A model generated the notes under the pieces. The model did no database searches and was not told where the DNA came from. It worked only from the letters and a program-made list of their open reading frames with translations. The translations under genes were made by a program, and so were the position numbers. DNA of 64,000 nucleotides, from the NCBI RefSeq assembly GCF_008831285.2, contig NC_045138.2:15996001-16060000 (forward strand). Direction: 5' to 3'. Positions 38,128-49,616 of this stretch are shown one piece after another. This stretch comes from Nymphaea colorata (Eukaryota). Position 1 is the first letter of the stretch. Each line of letters opens with the position of its first letter.

Positions 38128-41100
38128 CTAGTCAAACAAGCTAAAGCCCATATCCTGCAAAATTGTCAACATCATGGAACTGTCAGAATAGGGTGCGGAA
38201 AAGAAAGAACCAAAAGTCCAACTTAGATGAGTGAGAGTACTAACCTCATCGGATTCCTCTTTCTCTTCAACCTTCTCTTCCTTCTTTGGCTCTGCAGCTG
38301 CCGGGGCTGCAGCTGCACCACCACCACCACCAGTAGCAGCCATTGCAACAGCAACACCACCACCTGATGGGACAGAAGCAAACTTTTCCCTTCCAGAAGC
38401 AATAAGTTCAGTTATGTCTTTGCCTTGCACTTCACTCAATAGAAAATCTATCCTATCATCTTCAGCTTCCGCACCAACTGTTCAAAGGGTGGATATACCA
38501 CGTTAAAACAAATGACAAGGAGGTAGAATGACATGAGAGGCTCAGTCAGTTCATCAACCAGCGGAAAGAACAAATAAGCACAAGAGCAAGGGTCACCATT
38601 TCCACGTTATTATGCAAGAGCACAATAAGTTGCATTTGCAGATCTTAAGAATAAACCCAATTCAACTCTTGTAAAAACCAATATAGGAAGAAAGACAAAA
38701 GACCTCATTCTTTTTCTTTTTTTCAATCTTCCAGATGGTTTAAAAGCAATTTCTATCATTGTTTATGCAAGACTTTAAAACCCACTAATTCAGACTTCAC
38801 CTAGAATCAATTGACTCATGACTTGCTGGGTCAACTCAGTGACATTGGCCTGGTTTTGACAGATTTGTTTTTTCATTAAGCATTATTTATATATGTACAA
38901 AATAGTGTTTTTAATTCATTATAACATTGATATATTACATGTGATATGTAGATACTACATGTATAAAATGCAAATCTTAGCAACGCATTTGCAAAAATTA
39001 TGTTCTGCTGTATGCACATGCATCTTCTGTGTAATATAGTAAAAATTTGATAGAGGACACAAACAACATACAAAATTTAATATCATCTACATAGCACGGT
39101 TGTGTGATACACACACGTCAGTCACGCACAAGAATGACTCGTTAAACCAGCCTATGACTGCAGACTCAGAAATGAACTTGAATGACATGGCCATTGCCAT
39201 GACTCATGTTAACTCCTGGTCTTCTAGTTTTTTAACCACGTTAAGGACTGAGTCAACCCAGCAGACTTGGTTGGGCTTTTTAAATACTGGGTATACTTTG
39301 TCAAAACTCCTGGACTCGCCTAGGACTCTAATGTTGGATGGTTGCTTGAGCTGTTTGTCCGTAACCAACCTGCCATTTCAAAGTACCTAGGCAATAGAGT
39401 GGGGTGGCTAGACTTGAGTAACACTCAATAGCCTAAGCTTTTCTCTTCAACAGCATAGATTTTTCTTCTTTGCCACCTAAGATAACGGTTCTTCTGTTTC
39501 TATCTCTTCTTTCCCTTCATCCATTTGAAGTCTTCTTTTTTCTTTTTCTTCTGTCTTTATGAAGATTTTCTTTTTGGGATTTGTTTTCAGGGTGCATGTG
39601 GTTTTTGCATTAGAAGTATATGTAAGTAGATATATATGCAGTTATGTATTTATAAAGATAATCACAGTAATAGTTCATACACATTTATACTTTGAATTTG
39701 TTGGGGATTTATCTTCTCTGGATATAAATGTGCTGCTCATCTTCCTGTAAGTCACATGGACTTGACAAATGAGAGGCTGTACCTGAGTCACTGTGGCATT
39801 AGACTTCATCAACAAGAGTCCAATCCTGTTAGATGCACCAGACTATTTCGTCCAAAACTCCGGGCACGCCTAACTCAAATCAATGGTGAGTTTGTTACAG
39901 TCAAAATGATCGGGTGCACACAGGTATGTTCTTTCTGAAATTTTGGTTCAATTCACGGTTTTGTCTAAATTTTCCATCTCACTGTCAATGAAAGAAAACA
40001 AGAAAAAACTAAAAGAGTTAAGACACAACCATCCTTCTCTGTTCCCACGCCCCTCCACCCCTTCTTTTAGTTCTGTTATTCTTGGTGCTCTCTCTCTCTC
40101 TCTCTCTTTGAGCCCCCTCTTGACTCAATAGCAACAGCTGCCAACTAGCTATGGTGACAGCTTAGTTGTTAAGGCTAGGCATGGCCAAGGCATGAGTCCA
40201 CACCCGACGCCTAAGTCCATCACATAGGCAACATGTGTTAGACTGGTGCCTAGGCTAGCACCTAGGTGCGCCTAGGCTGGACTAGGCGCTAGCATGTGTA
40301 GTCCATGGAAAGATGAAAAGTCACTTTCCCTTTAAATTAAGTCTTGTAATTTTATCATACACCGTTATACCGTAGACTCTTATATTATATGCAGCTACAT
40401 TATCTACTTTCTGTTTTTTAAGTACAGTTTGCTGTACGTTGATTACATATTCTTTATCAACTCATCAAGTGGAAGTTCCAGCCATACATTAAGTACATGA
40501 TCTAAAACCAATGAATTTCTGTATAGATCTTATGTGCTCTAAAACTGTAAAACATATTTTGTGGAACCTATGCCAGCCTTCTTACCCATGATAAAACCTA
40601 GGTTTATGGTAAAAAGACCACCAGTTTCTCTTGTTTAATGCATGTCTAATAATCAAAGAAATGCATGCAGACCTCACTTTTGCAACCTGAATACAGATTT
40701 ATTTTCTCATTGGTGAGGGTGTTTTGTGTGTTATATGTATATTATATGTTATATGTACAATCTGTTGCAACAAATTGTAATGTATATTATATGTACTGAT
40801 TTGATAAGATTTTGGTTTGAAATGATTCAAATGAAATAGTCTATAAGGTCCATAACTTAAATAGTCTACAAGAAATGCAAGCACTGCCCAGTATGTAAAC
40901 AAGAATGACATGTTTTCTTTTGTGTATCAAACTAAGGCATCAGCTAGAACAGAACAACACAGTTTTCCAGTATGTAAACAAGCTGAAAATGTACTGTTAA
41001 TCTGTCATGTAACCAAGAACAGAACAGTGTTTCATGTTTTACTTTTTGGCGTTACTTACGAAGTATAATCATTCAATTAGAACAGAATAGAACAGTTTTT

Positions 41101-42488
41101 CAAGTTCTACTTGGAATAGAAGCTTACAGTTCAGTCAGTATCTACATAATTTTATTATGTAATGGTTAACATAACTAAAAAAAACAAACAAAAAAGGCCG
41201 CTATTTTTGCCTAGGTGCTGAGTGCCTGGGCGCCTTGACAACTAAGGGTGACAGGCAACCAGTGCTCAGCAAACAGTTATCTCTTTCTCTCTCCCCCTCT
41301 CTCTCCCTGTTGAGACACTTGGTTTTCTCTCTAAATCCCGCCAGGATTCATTGTGCCCTCACGAGGGGAGCACGACTTCAACACTCTTTAACATGATTTT
41401 GGTCAGTTTTGTCATTCCTTCTTTTGATGATTTACTGATGACACCAAAAACATGGGAGATATTGGTAGAACAAAAATAATGAACTGGAAAGTGAGTTATT
41501 AACTTATCTTTATAGACAAATGCAAGGCTGGACTCGTGCATAGGAACACCAAGCAGGTGGACACCTTGGTTTTTGCCTAGGCTACAATACTAGGAAGAGC
41601 ATCATTGTTTGTCTGATTGATTATTGTTGAATATTCTATGTAATTGTCAATATTATGAATATTCTGTTAGATATATCGAAGTTCTCCCCCCAACTGCTGA
41701 ATGTTATATTGAACATAATATTGTCGAAAATTGCCAATCAGCTTTTGCTTGTTCTTTTCAGCCAGTTTAGGCTCCAACTAGGCCCAGACTAAGCCTGTTT
41801 GAAGGCCCACCGCCTGAAACTGCCAAACTTTTGATTGCATGGCATGCAACTGATAAGATTCTCCGACCAAGTGAGAATCCGCGTGCATGAGCATTTCTCA
41901 CCTTGATACCCAGACGAACCTAAATCTGCATCTTCAACTTGGGTAAGGCCCTAATTTCTTTAATACATTACAGTGGTAAAGATTATTATTGTGACTGATG
42001 AATGAAAAAATAAAATATAACAGCACCCTCCGTTTAGGCCAAGAATGACGGAAGAACGAAAGAAGTACACACAATAAAGAAAGCAATGCAGTAAACACAG
42101 CAGAAACCTGAAACAAGTACCATCAGCTATACCAATCGAAGACCACAACAACGAAAATCGATCGCACCAAAAGACAGACAGCTATAAAACCCCAAGCGCG
42201 CCAAGAACCAAGGTTATACCAATATAGGAAACAATTTCTCCACGCAATAATGTGTTCCAAGAACTAAGGTGAACCAGAAAAAAACTTAGCTAGGCAAAAA
42301 TGCATCAGAACCAACGTGAGCAAAAACTCATTAATTATGAGTACCAGCAATCAAAATTCCAGAAGTGAACGAACAACATATACACACACTCACGGAGTAC
42401 CTGAACCAAGGATGGACTTCAGATCGCCAGCTGATGGGTTGGCATTTCCGCCCAACACGGCGAGCAAGTAAGCTGCAACGATCTTCAT
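38128..42488 (-). CDS. RPP2: 60S acidic ribosomal protein P2, 115 aa
   Basis: Exons 42488-42401, 38477-38245 and 38154-38128 (GT-AG, in phase) give [70 protein letters not shown]...[22 protein letters not shown]. This is canonical P2 with the DMGFSLFD tail. Confidence 0.97.
40161..41246. mobile_element. non-autonomous hAT element (1086 bp) in RPP2 intron 1
   Basis: TIRs CTTAGTTGTTAAGGC / GCCTTGACAACTAAG (14/15) and a perfect 8-bp TSD GGTGACAG (40153-40160, 41247-41254). Subterminal GCCTAGG repeats at both ends; no transposase ORF. Confidence 0.9.
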
Positions 42489-42560
42489 CTCTCTCTCTCT
42501 CTCTCGCGTCTCAGAAAAAATGCGCGCGGAAACGGGAACGGAAGACGACCAACGACCTTC

Positions 42561-42568
42561 TAGGGTTT
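42561..42568 (-). promoter_or_regulatory. telo-box upstream of RPP2
   Basis: TAGGGTTT (AAACCCTA on the minus strand) about 75 nt upstream of the ATG. Telo-boxes are typical of plant ribosomal protein genes. Confidence 0.65.
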
Positions 42569-43291
42569 TTTCCGCGTTCGGGTTTCCCTCCGCTTTGGTA
42601 ACTTTTTCTTTATGATCCAACCTTTTGATCAAAACCTCATGAGGGAACCTCATTTTCCTGAATTCTCTGATTCGACCACACGTGATCGCTTTTGTTGTGA
42701 TTGATTTTTGTGAACAAAATGACATGACGGCGAATCGGTGATATTCTTTTACCTCTTGAGCAAACCCCAAAATACTATAGAAAAAAAAGATGCAAGTCTT
42801 CGTACTTCTCATAGACTTTAATTTGAAACTCCCCTTTAATTGTTCCCAAAAAATATAAGGACTTTATTTGGGTTACAATACGTTTGGTTGGTTAAATAAG
42901 AAGGAAATGAAAATTAAAAAACTTGTTTGGTTGCAAGAAAAAAAAAATTGATAACTCAATGTAAATCCAATGAGTTTAAACAAGAGAGATTGAAAAGTAA
43001 AGGAAAATGATTGTTCATTTCCTTTCATTTCTTTTTTACCTGAACAAAATGGAAAATCATTCACAAAAACTTGCTTGGTGACAAGAAGCCACTGCAAGAC
43101 AACAGGAAAAAAAAAACAAAGAAAAAGAAAACATGAAAGAGCAGAGATGATGGGAAGGGAAGGAGTGGGAGAGAAGGGAAACTAAATAGTGGCTTTTTTT
43201 TTTATGAGGTTAACAAATTTTCAATTGTCTATATGAAGCACTAACCCCAATCTTGTGGGGTTATTTTTTCATAACTGGACCCAAGTTTCAA

Positions 43292-43560
43292 CTAAGGGTG
43301 AACACGAGCAGAGTGAGACCAAGTTCAATTAGCTCAAACTCGGCTCAACTAATGAAACCTCATGCTCGATAATAGTTCGACAAAACAGCTCGAGCTCGAC
43401 TCGGCAATTAAGTATTGAGTTCGAGCTCGACTCGATTAAGGCTCATCAAACTTGAAGGAGATTTTGTAAAAACTTACATGATTAACCATACCAAGGCATG
43501 AGTCCACACCCGTCGCCTGAAGCTGCGTGTGCCAGCTGAATTGGGTGCCCAATGTGTTAG
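43292..43560. mobile_element. fragments of hAT-type MITEs upstream of RPP2
   Basis: A GAGCTCGACTCG-rich segment (43300-43445), followed by CCAAGGCATGAGTCCACACCCGTCGCCT (about 43491), which is nearly identical to the subterminal sequence of the 40161 hAT element. Confidence 0.5.
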
Positions 43561-46500
43561 TTTTTTTAGGAAAAGGTCGTTGGAAGAAAATCATAAGTCT
43601 CACTACATGATTTACCTTGGAAACACTAAGATATACTGCATTATAAAATACTAACCAACCTTTTATCATTGGAGCAATTAGGAAAAGTAGAACAGCAGCG
43701 AGCAGCAATAAATCAGAAAATCAGAAACTATTGCAACTGGTTGAGAAGGAACTACGAGCTCACTGTTAGTAGTCTTGGAAGTTGATCTATTTGGAGATCG
43801 TCCAATCATGCTAGGATTGGATTTGGAGTGATTCGGCGGCTTGGATCTAATCTAAATTTGATATGAGATATAAACATAGTCACAAATTCCATTCTTTGCA
43901 TTTTAAATTGTAAGATTTTTTTCTGGTATAATATGGTGAGCTTGACAAAAGATAAAGAATAAGAGAAAAATATGTAATTTTTTAAAAATAAAAATATGAA
44001 AAATAAAATATCTGAGAAACAAATAAAACAACATCAAAACAATAAATAGATAAGTAAAAAATAAGAATTAAAAAATAGAAACAAGCATACTCTCATTGAA
44101 AAATGTAAAAAAGCCTAAAAATGCTAAAAATTGTTTTGTTTTGTTTTTTTTTGCGTTTTTTCCGTTCCTACCGTATATGAAAGAAACAGTGTATTTTATA
44201 TTCTTTACTGACTTATTTTTTGCGTTTTAAACTCATTTTTTATGACTGTGATCTAAAGCCTGATCTTCCTTTATCATGCTTGTTCAATGCATAAAATGAC
44301 ACCTAAATCCATCAATTTAACTTCGAAAGTAATGAAATTTGAACAAGGCTATTTAACACTTGAAACAACATAAACATTACTTTAAAGTCAAATAAATGTA
44401 TGTATTTTAATATGTATAATTTAATCCATTTCATGCATGCATTCCCGACTTCCAAGGAAGAAGACAACTCTGATGAGTTGTTAAGGAGAGGGCCTCGATG
44501 GGTTGCTTCCCTGCCTTTTGCCGCCATCTCTCCTCGCTAGGACCTCCTTTGGTAGTCTAAGGCAAACAACAGCATGGTGTTGTGCGTAGCAGTGTTTTCA
44601 CCACTTTTTACTCCCAAAAATCAGTAAGAAGTAAAATTTTTACTGATTTTATGTCGGTAAACAGTAAGGGACAATAATGGTACTGCTTCTCGCCAATGAT
44701 GAACTGAAAACCTTACGGAAACTACATTTTTCACCACGTTCCTCTGTTGGAAGTGGGATTAACCACAGGAAACCTTCTTTTTCCTCCATTAATAGAGATT
44801 CTTTTTTATTGGCAAAGTAAAAATTTTACCAAAGAAACATTTTCCATCATTTCATATCTGAACTGAGATTTGCAGTACTAAACAATTGTCAGTCAAGCTC
44901 AGATCCGACGCAGAAAATTCAGAATGGTAGGCATTAAACATGCATCTCAAGTAAATAGTAAATGTAGCCAGTTTGAGAGGTGATCAACCAGCCTTTTCTC
45001 TCTCTCTCTCTCTCATTTTTGCTGTTTTTTTTTTGGGAATTGTTTTTTTTACTAAGGGACCTCTTATCCCTAAATTTTGTTATATATTTCCATTCTCTCT
45101 CTCTCTCTCTCTCTCTCTCCCTCTCCCCCTGGCAAGACGCTAACTGCATGCATGCAAGGAAGGCAGGACAAAACCACCATTAATGTGGTTGAGGAAAAAA
45201 TTATGGCTGAACTTCTGACCAGTCGTTACTGCAGATGCGTATATCTCTGCATGTCTGCACCAGTCATTTATTAGCCAACTGATCTCACTGTACCTATATA
45301 TATATATATACTTGCTCGAAATGGGTAGTTGGGATCTTTTATTATTAGTTCTTTACAGCGCATATAATTTGCTCATCCCCTTCGCTGCTTGACCGGTTGC
45401 TGCTGTGGGCTTCCTGTCCATCGATTCGTCATGGCGCTGCAGCTATCAGAAAATAAATACCAAGCCATATCTATGCTCGAGAGGTGAAAGATCTAATGCA
45501 AAATTGCTTTCTTTAGAATATTGTGCATGCTTGTAATTGCGTGTGCAAAAGCAGAAATCTCCTAGGTGGTACAATTGCATCTGAACTTAAATCGTGCAAA
45601 AAGAACCATTTGGATCTTGATTGAGTATCATGCAGGTTGTGAGCTAACCAAGTTTCAATTTGCTGTTAAAATTGAACGTAGCGAGGAAGTTGGTAAAATT
45701 GCAAATAATTGAAACGAAGATTTTCAATTATTGATTTAGGTGAAGAAGTGACGTCTCACTTTCAAGCGCTCCATGTCGACATTTTCTTGGGTAAATTTGC
45801 AGTCTTTTGGTGTCGGCGCCAAGTCCCTTTATTTTTTGAGTTTTCTAGGTAACAGAATGATTTGAAATATTTTATATTGATCTAAAATTTAAAGAAAAAG
45901 AAAATATATAGATTGATATTTAAGGCAACAGCGGTAAATTGGTTTCCTAATAGTAAACTTAAGTTTATATAATTAGTTCTGATTCCATGGTTGAATAAAA
46001 ATGAAAAAGAACAAACACTGCCCTTTGAATCAAATAATTTCTCCTCCCCAGTCTTTTTCTTATTTATTTATTTTCCAAGTTGTCAAATGTCACCTCGCTT
46101 TCTTGGACGGCTCTTTAATAATTGACCTACTTCCCTTGGAGCTCTTAGAGCATGCTTGCAACTTTGCCGCACAGCCTAAAAAAGTAAAAATCTCTGCTAC
46201 CAACTTGTTAAAATCTGATTGAAGGTTAAAAAATGAAATTGCCTTGTACAGAGTGGACATAACTTATATATAACTTAAGTATAATGGCAATCGAATCGAC
46301 GTAGGAGGTGAATGAATCTGTAACAAAGTACAGACGACTGAGCTCACATTTTAACGAAGATGAATCCTTTTGCGAAAAGATCTGTGAAGTTGCAGTTTCG
46401 CTTGTTACCTTTGAAAAAAACTCGTGAGTGCAGCGGTAAAATTTTTCGAACGTACCTTCTTGATCATCAGTTGTACGCTCATAATTTCGGCTTGTACAGA

Positions 46501-47897
46501 ACGATGCTCACAGGAATCGAATAGGACCGGTGGCATGACAGCACATTTGATCACCATGCCAACCCTTCGAATTTAAGATGAAAGCTACAACATCATCAAC
46601 CATTAAAAGCAAAATTTGATGTAAAAACGACTATTTTTAAGAAGGATGAACTAATTCTTGGAACTAAATCGATTATCAGATGAATCACCTCGGTGTGCAT
46701 CATCACCAAGTTTCATTGGGTTCCAGGTCTTGATCTTCTTCCCATTCCAATCGTTGAAGCGACCAGATAATGGGAGATCATGCATAATATCTGTCTGCGA
46801 GTACCGTGTTTGGCAGATCTCATCCTGCCACTTTGCACCTTGCTGAGCTTTCGTATGAAACTGTTCTCGTAAGTCATAGTGGTCAGAGCTCACTCTGAAT
46901 TTTTTTACTTTACGCACATCCTGAGGTCTAGTTCCTGAGAGTTTTAACTGCCATAAAAGAAAGATTGCAGAGTGTGCAAATTTCTATGGGCAGCTGCTCT
47001 GTTTAATTAATACGATGCCTGAGGAGAAGTTACTATACTGCCAAACAAGAATTGAATGGATTTCTCGTGCTTCTCCCACTGCAATAAAGATGACACTTGG
47101 GCACACAGAAACGCTTTGGAAACCACCTAATCAATATTTTGATTCAAAGAAAGTGATTTTTACTTTTTGGAACCTGGAAATCGACTCTATACCAAAATTT
47201 GATGCACTAAGAACTTTAAAATTTTTGATAAATTTCAAACAATTTTATTTAGTACTTCCAAATAAGTCTGAGCGACCATGTTTAATTTTTGATGCTGCAC
47301 ATCATATAAAATCACAAAAGAGAAAACCGTTAACTGAATTTCAAAATGAAGCTAGGCAATTTTATGACATTACATTGCTTAATCCAACCTGGCCGTAGAG
47401 AAAACCCATTAATGCTTCATTCTGATAATCAAATTACTTGTGCATTCAATATATCACTGCTGCTAAAACTTGCTCTGTTTTCATGCATGCAGTTGCAGAA
47501 CTTGCTTTTTCTTGATCACAATAAAGAAAGAGATATTCTCGACCACTCACTACATAACCATAAGTCCATAACCAAGATCTGACAAGTCTTGGAATCAAAG
47601 ATCTCATCAACATAATACAATAGCTTCTTTAAGAAAGCAAGAACCAAAATTGAAAAGCAGGTTAAACCAGTGCTGATTAAAAGCGCTTCCGTCCTATATC
47701 CGACTTTCGTCGCCCTATTGTATATACAGATGAAAGTGGACGGACAATTTAACCAAGAGGACTCTTACAATTGAACAATAGTAAAAGATAATTGACTCTG
47801 TCCGTTCAGAATCAAACTTTAACACCAAGATTTTTGGAACAAAAGAAAGAAAAAATAAACAAGACTCTGAAAAAGAAGGAAAAAATTTTCAACTGTC

Positions 47898-49616
47898 TCA
47901 CTGAATCCTGACCCAAATGCCGGGGCTGGGTATGCGACGATGGACGACGAAGAGCATGTAGTAACCGGGAGGCGCCGCCGCCGCAGTCGGTGGGCTCAGC
48001 ACGGTCACCCGATACATTGACGGCGCAGACAGGCGCGACCCCTCCACCATCTCCAGCACCACCATCCTCTGGTTCATGGAGAAGGAGTGAGTCGTGAAGG
48101 TCGGCGACAGCATCTTCACTTCCACCTCCTCCTCCTCTTCATTGTACTCCTCCCACCACATGCCTTCTTCCATCGACGTCCAACTGGTCAATTCGAACTC
48201 GATGGTCAGCGACTGCTTGTACCCGAACTCCCCCGCCGGTAACGCCACGATCCTCGGACGCGACTCCGCCGCTTCCGGCGACAGGTATGGAGGAGAGAAG
48301 GCCTCCAAGCGAAGCTCTGTCGGGTAGTCCACGCCGGAAAAGCTGTAGTTCACGTTCGGGTTGCTCCCTCCTACGAGGACTCTTCCATCCGGCAACACCA
48401 CCGCCGTCGAGTGGTACAAACGCGGGATTGGTGACGCGCTCATTACACTGAATCTTTGGCCCCGAGGAGCTCCTGGCTGGTAGATGACCGGATTTAAGGC
48501 TGGATTCCGGCCCAGCTGCCACCCGGCGGTGCCGCTCATGGCGCCGTTGATGATGAGGACTTGACCGTTGGGCAGGATGAGCATGTCGCTCATGACTCTG
48601 GGCATCGGCATCGTCTCCATCTCCCACTCCGGCGAGGGGTCCGTCAACCTCAGCCGCCCACACGTGGACAATGCCGTGACGAACTCCCCGGCTATAGCCT
48701 TGGCGAAGGAACCCTTCTGCGCCCCGCCGCAGACCAGTACTTCTACTGCCCGGACACCGCCGGGGTGCCTCTCGGACAGCCGGATGGGAAGCAAGACCGA
48801 CGAGCCGGTGCTCGGGTAGTTCCTGGGGTTCTTGCCGGGAATCTCGGGGAACTCGCGCAAAATCCTACCGCTGACGTAGTCCAACAGGATGGATCGAGTG
48901 TTGGCGAAAATGAAGAGATTCCCGTCGGGCAGGAGGTGGACGAATGGGTAGAGGTTGTTCTCATCCGGAACGTCGTGGGTTTCTTGGAGGAACGGGAGGT
49001 CGAACTTCTCCGGCGGGTCCGAGTTCGGGAAGAACTCGTAGTTGAATTGCCGACGGCCACCAACGATGATGATCCGGCCGTCGGGAAGAATGTGGTTGGT
49101 GGCGTACCACCGCCTGGCGGCGAGCGCATTCGGGAACTCGTGCCAGTCACAGTCCTCGAAGTCGGAGCAAGGGGAGAAGACGCGAACGACGCGGTCCCCA
49201 TCGTTGTAGCCGCCGGTTTGGACGAGGCGGCCGTTGGGGGCAACGGCGCCGGAGGAACAGAAGGTGTCCGTCTGGACGGTGAGAGGGCGGGGGACGTTGG
49301 TGGCGACGTCGTAGACGAGGGAGTGGGCGGTGCAGTCCTTCTTGAGGGCGACGTCCTCGGGGTCGTTGCGGCAGCGGCCGAAGGGGAGGCTCAAGTTGGA
49401 GTGGCCGAAGTCCGTCCGGTCGAACATGATCACCTTGTCGTTGTGCAGCACCTGCATGTGCATCGCCGATATCCCGATGCTGTGCCTGAGTAGCTGCCAT
49501 TCTCCTCCACCGTTTCCTTGGTGCGCCGACGATCGCGCACCAAGAAGCAGGCAGCAGATCAAGACGGTCAATGGAAGGAGCAACGCCTGTGATCGGCAAG
49601 ATGGCACCACCCTCAT
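47898..49616 (-). CDS. GLOX: Aldehyde oxidase GLOX-like / glyoxal oxidase (AA5 copper-radical oxidase), secreted, 572 aa, intronless
   Basis: Signal peptide, then GGEWQLLRHSIGISAMHMQVLHNDKVIMFDRTDFG, DCTAHS, TDTFCSSG (Cys of the Cys-Tyr cofactor), RRWYAT (Tyr), NNLYPF, RNYPSTGSSVLLP, RLYHS (Tyr/His ligands), VLVGGSNP, FTTHS (His) and the PPGYYMLF C-terminal Ig-like domain. Confidence 0.95.
   Translation of the reverse strand: MRVVPSCRSQALLLPLTVLICCLLLGARSSAHQGNGGGEWQLLRHSIGISAMHMQVLHNDKVIMFDRTDFGHSNLSLPFGRCRNDPEDVALKKDCTAHSLVYDVATNVPRPLTVQTDTFCSSGAVAPNGRLVQTGGYNDGDRVVRVFSPCSDFEDCDWHEFPNALAARRWYATNHILPDGRIIIVGGRRQFNYEFFPNSDPPEKFDLPFLQETHDVPDENNLYPFVHLLPDGNLFIFANTRSILLDYVSGRILREFPEIPGKNPRNYPSTGSSVLLPIRLSERHPGGVRAVEVLVCGGAQKGSFAKAIAGEFVTALSTCGRLRLTDPSPEWEMETMPMPRVMSDMLILPNGQVLIINGAMSGTAGWQLGRNPALNPVIYQPGAPRGQRFSVMSASPIPRLYHSTAVVLPDGRVLVGGSNPNVNYSFSGVDYPTELRLEAFSPPYLSPEAAESRPRIVALPAGEFGYKQSLTIEFELTSWTSMEEGMWWEEYNEEEEEVEVKMLSPTFTTHSFSMNQRMVVLEMVEGSRLSAPSMYRVTVLSPPTAAAAPPGYYMLFVVHRRIPSPGIWVRIQ

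Noticed and set aside
38478..42400. Intronic snoRNAs in the ribosomal protein gene
   Set aside because: I found no properly spaced C/D box pair with a terminal stem on the minus strand by eye; the intron is largely explained by TEs.
45115..45133. Partial resemblance to miR408 3' end (CTCTCCCCCTGGC)
   Set aside because: The 5' seed half is absent; the match is explained by the CT microsatellite.
46651..46917. 88-aa minus-strand ORF downstream of GLOX
   Set aside because: No ATG start at the listed position, no recognisable motif and no convincing exon partners.
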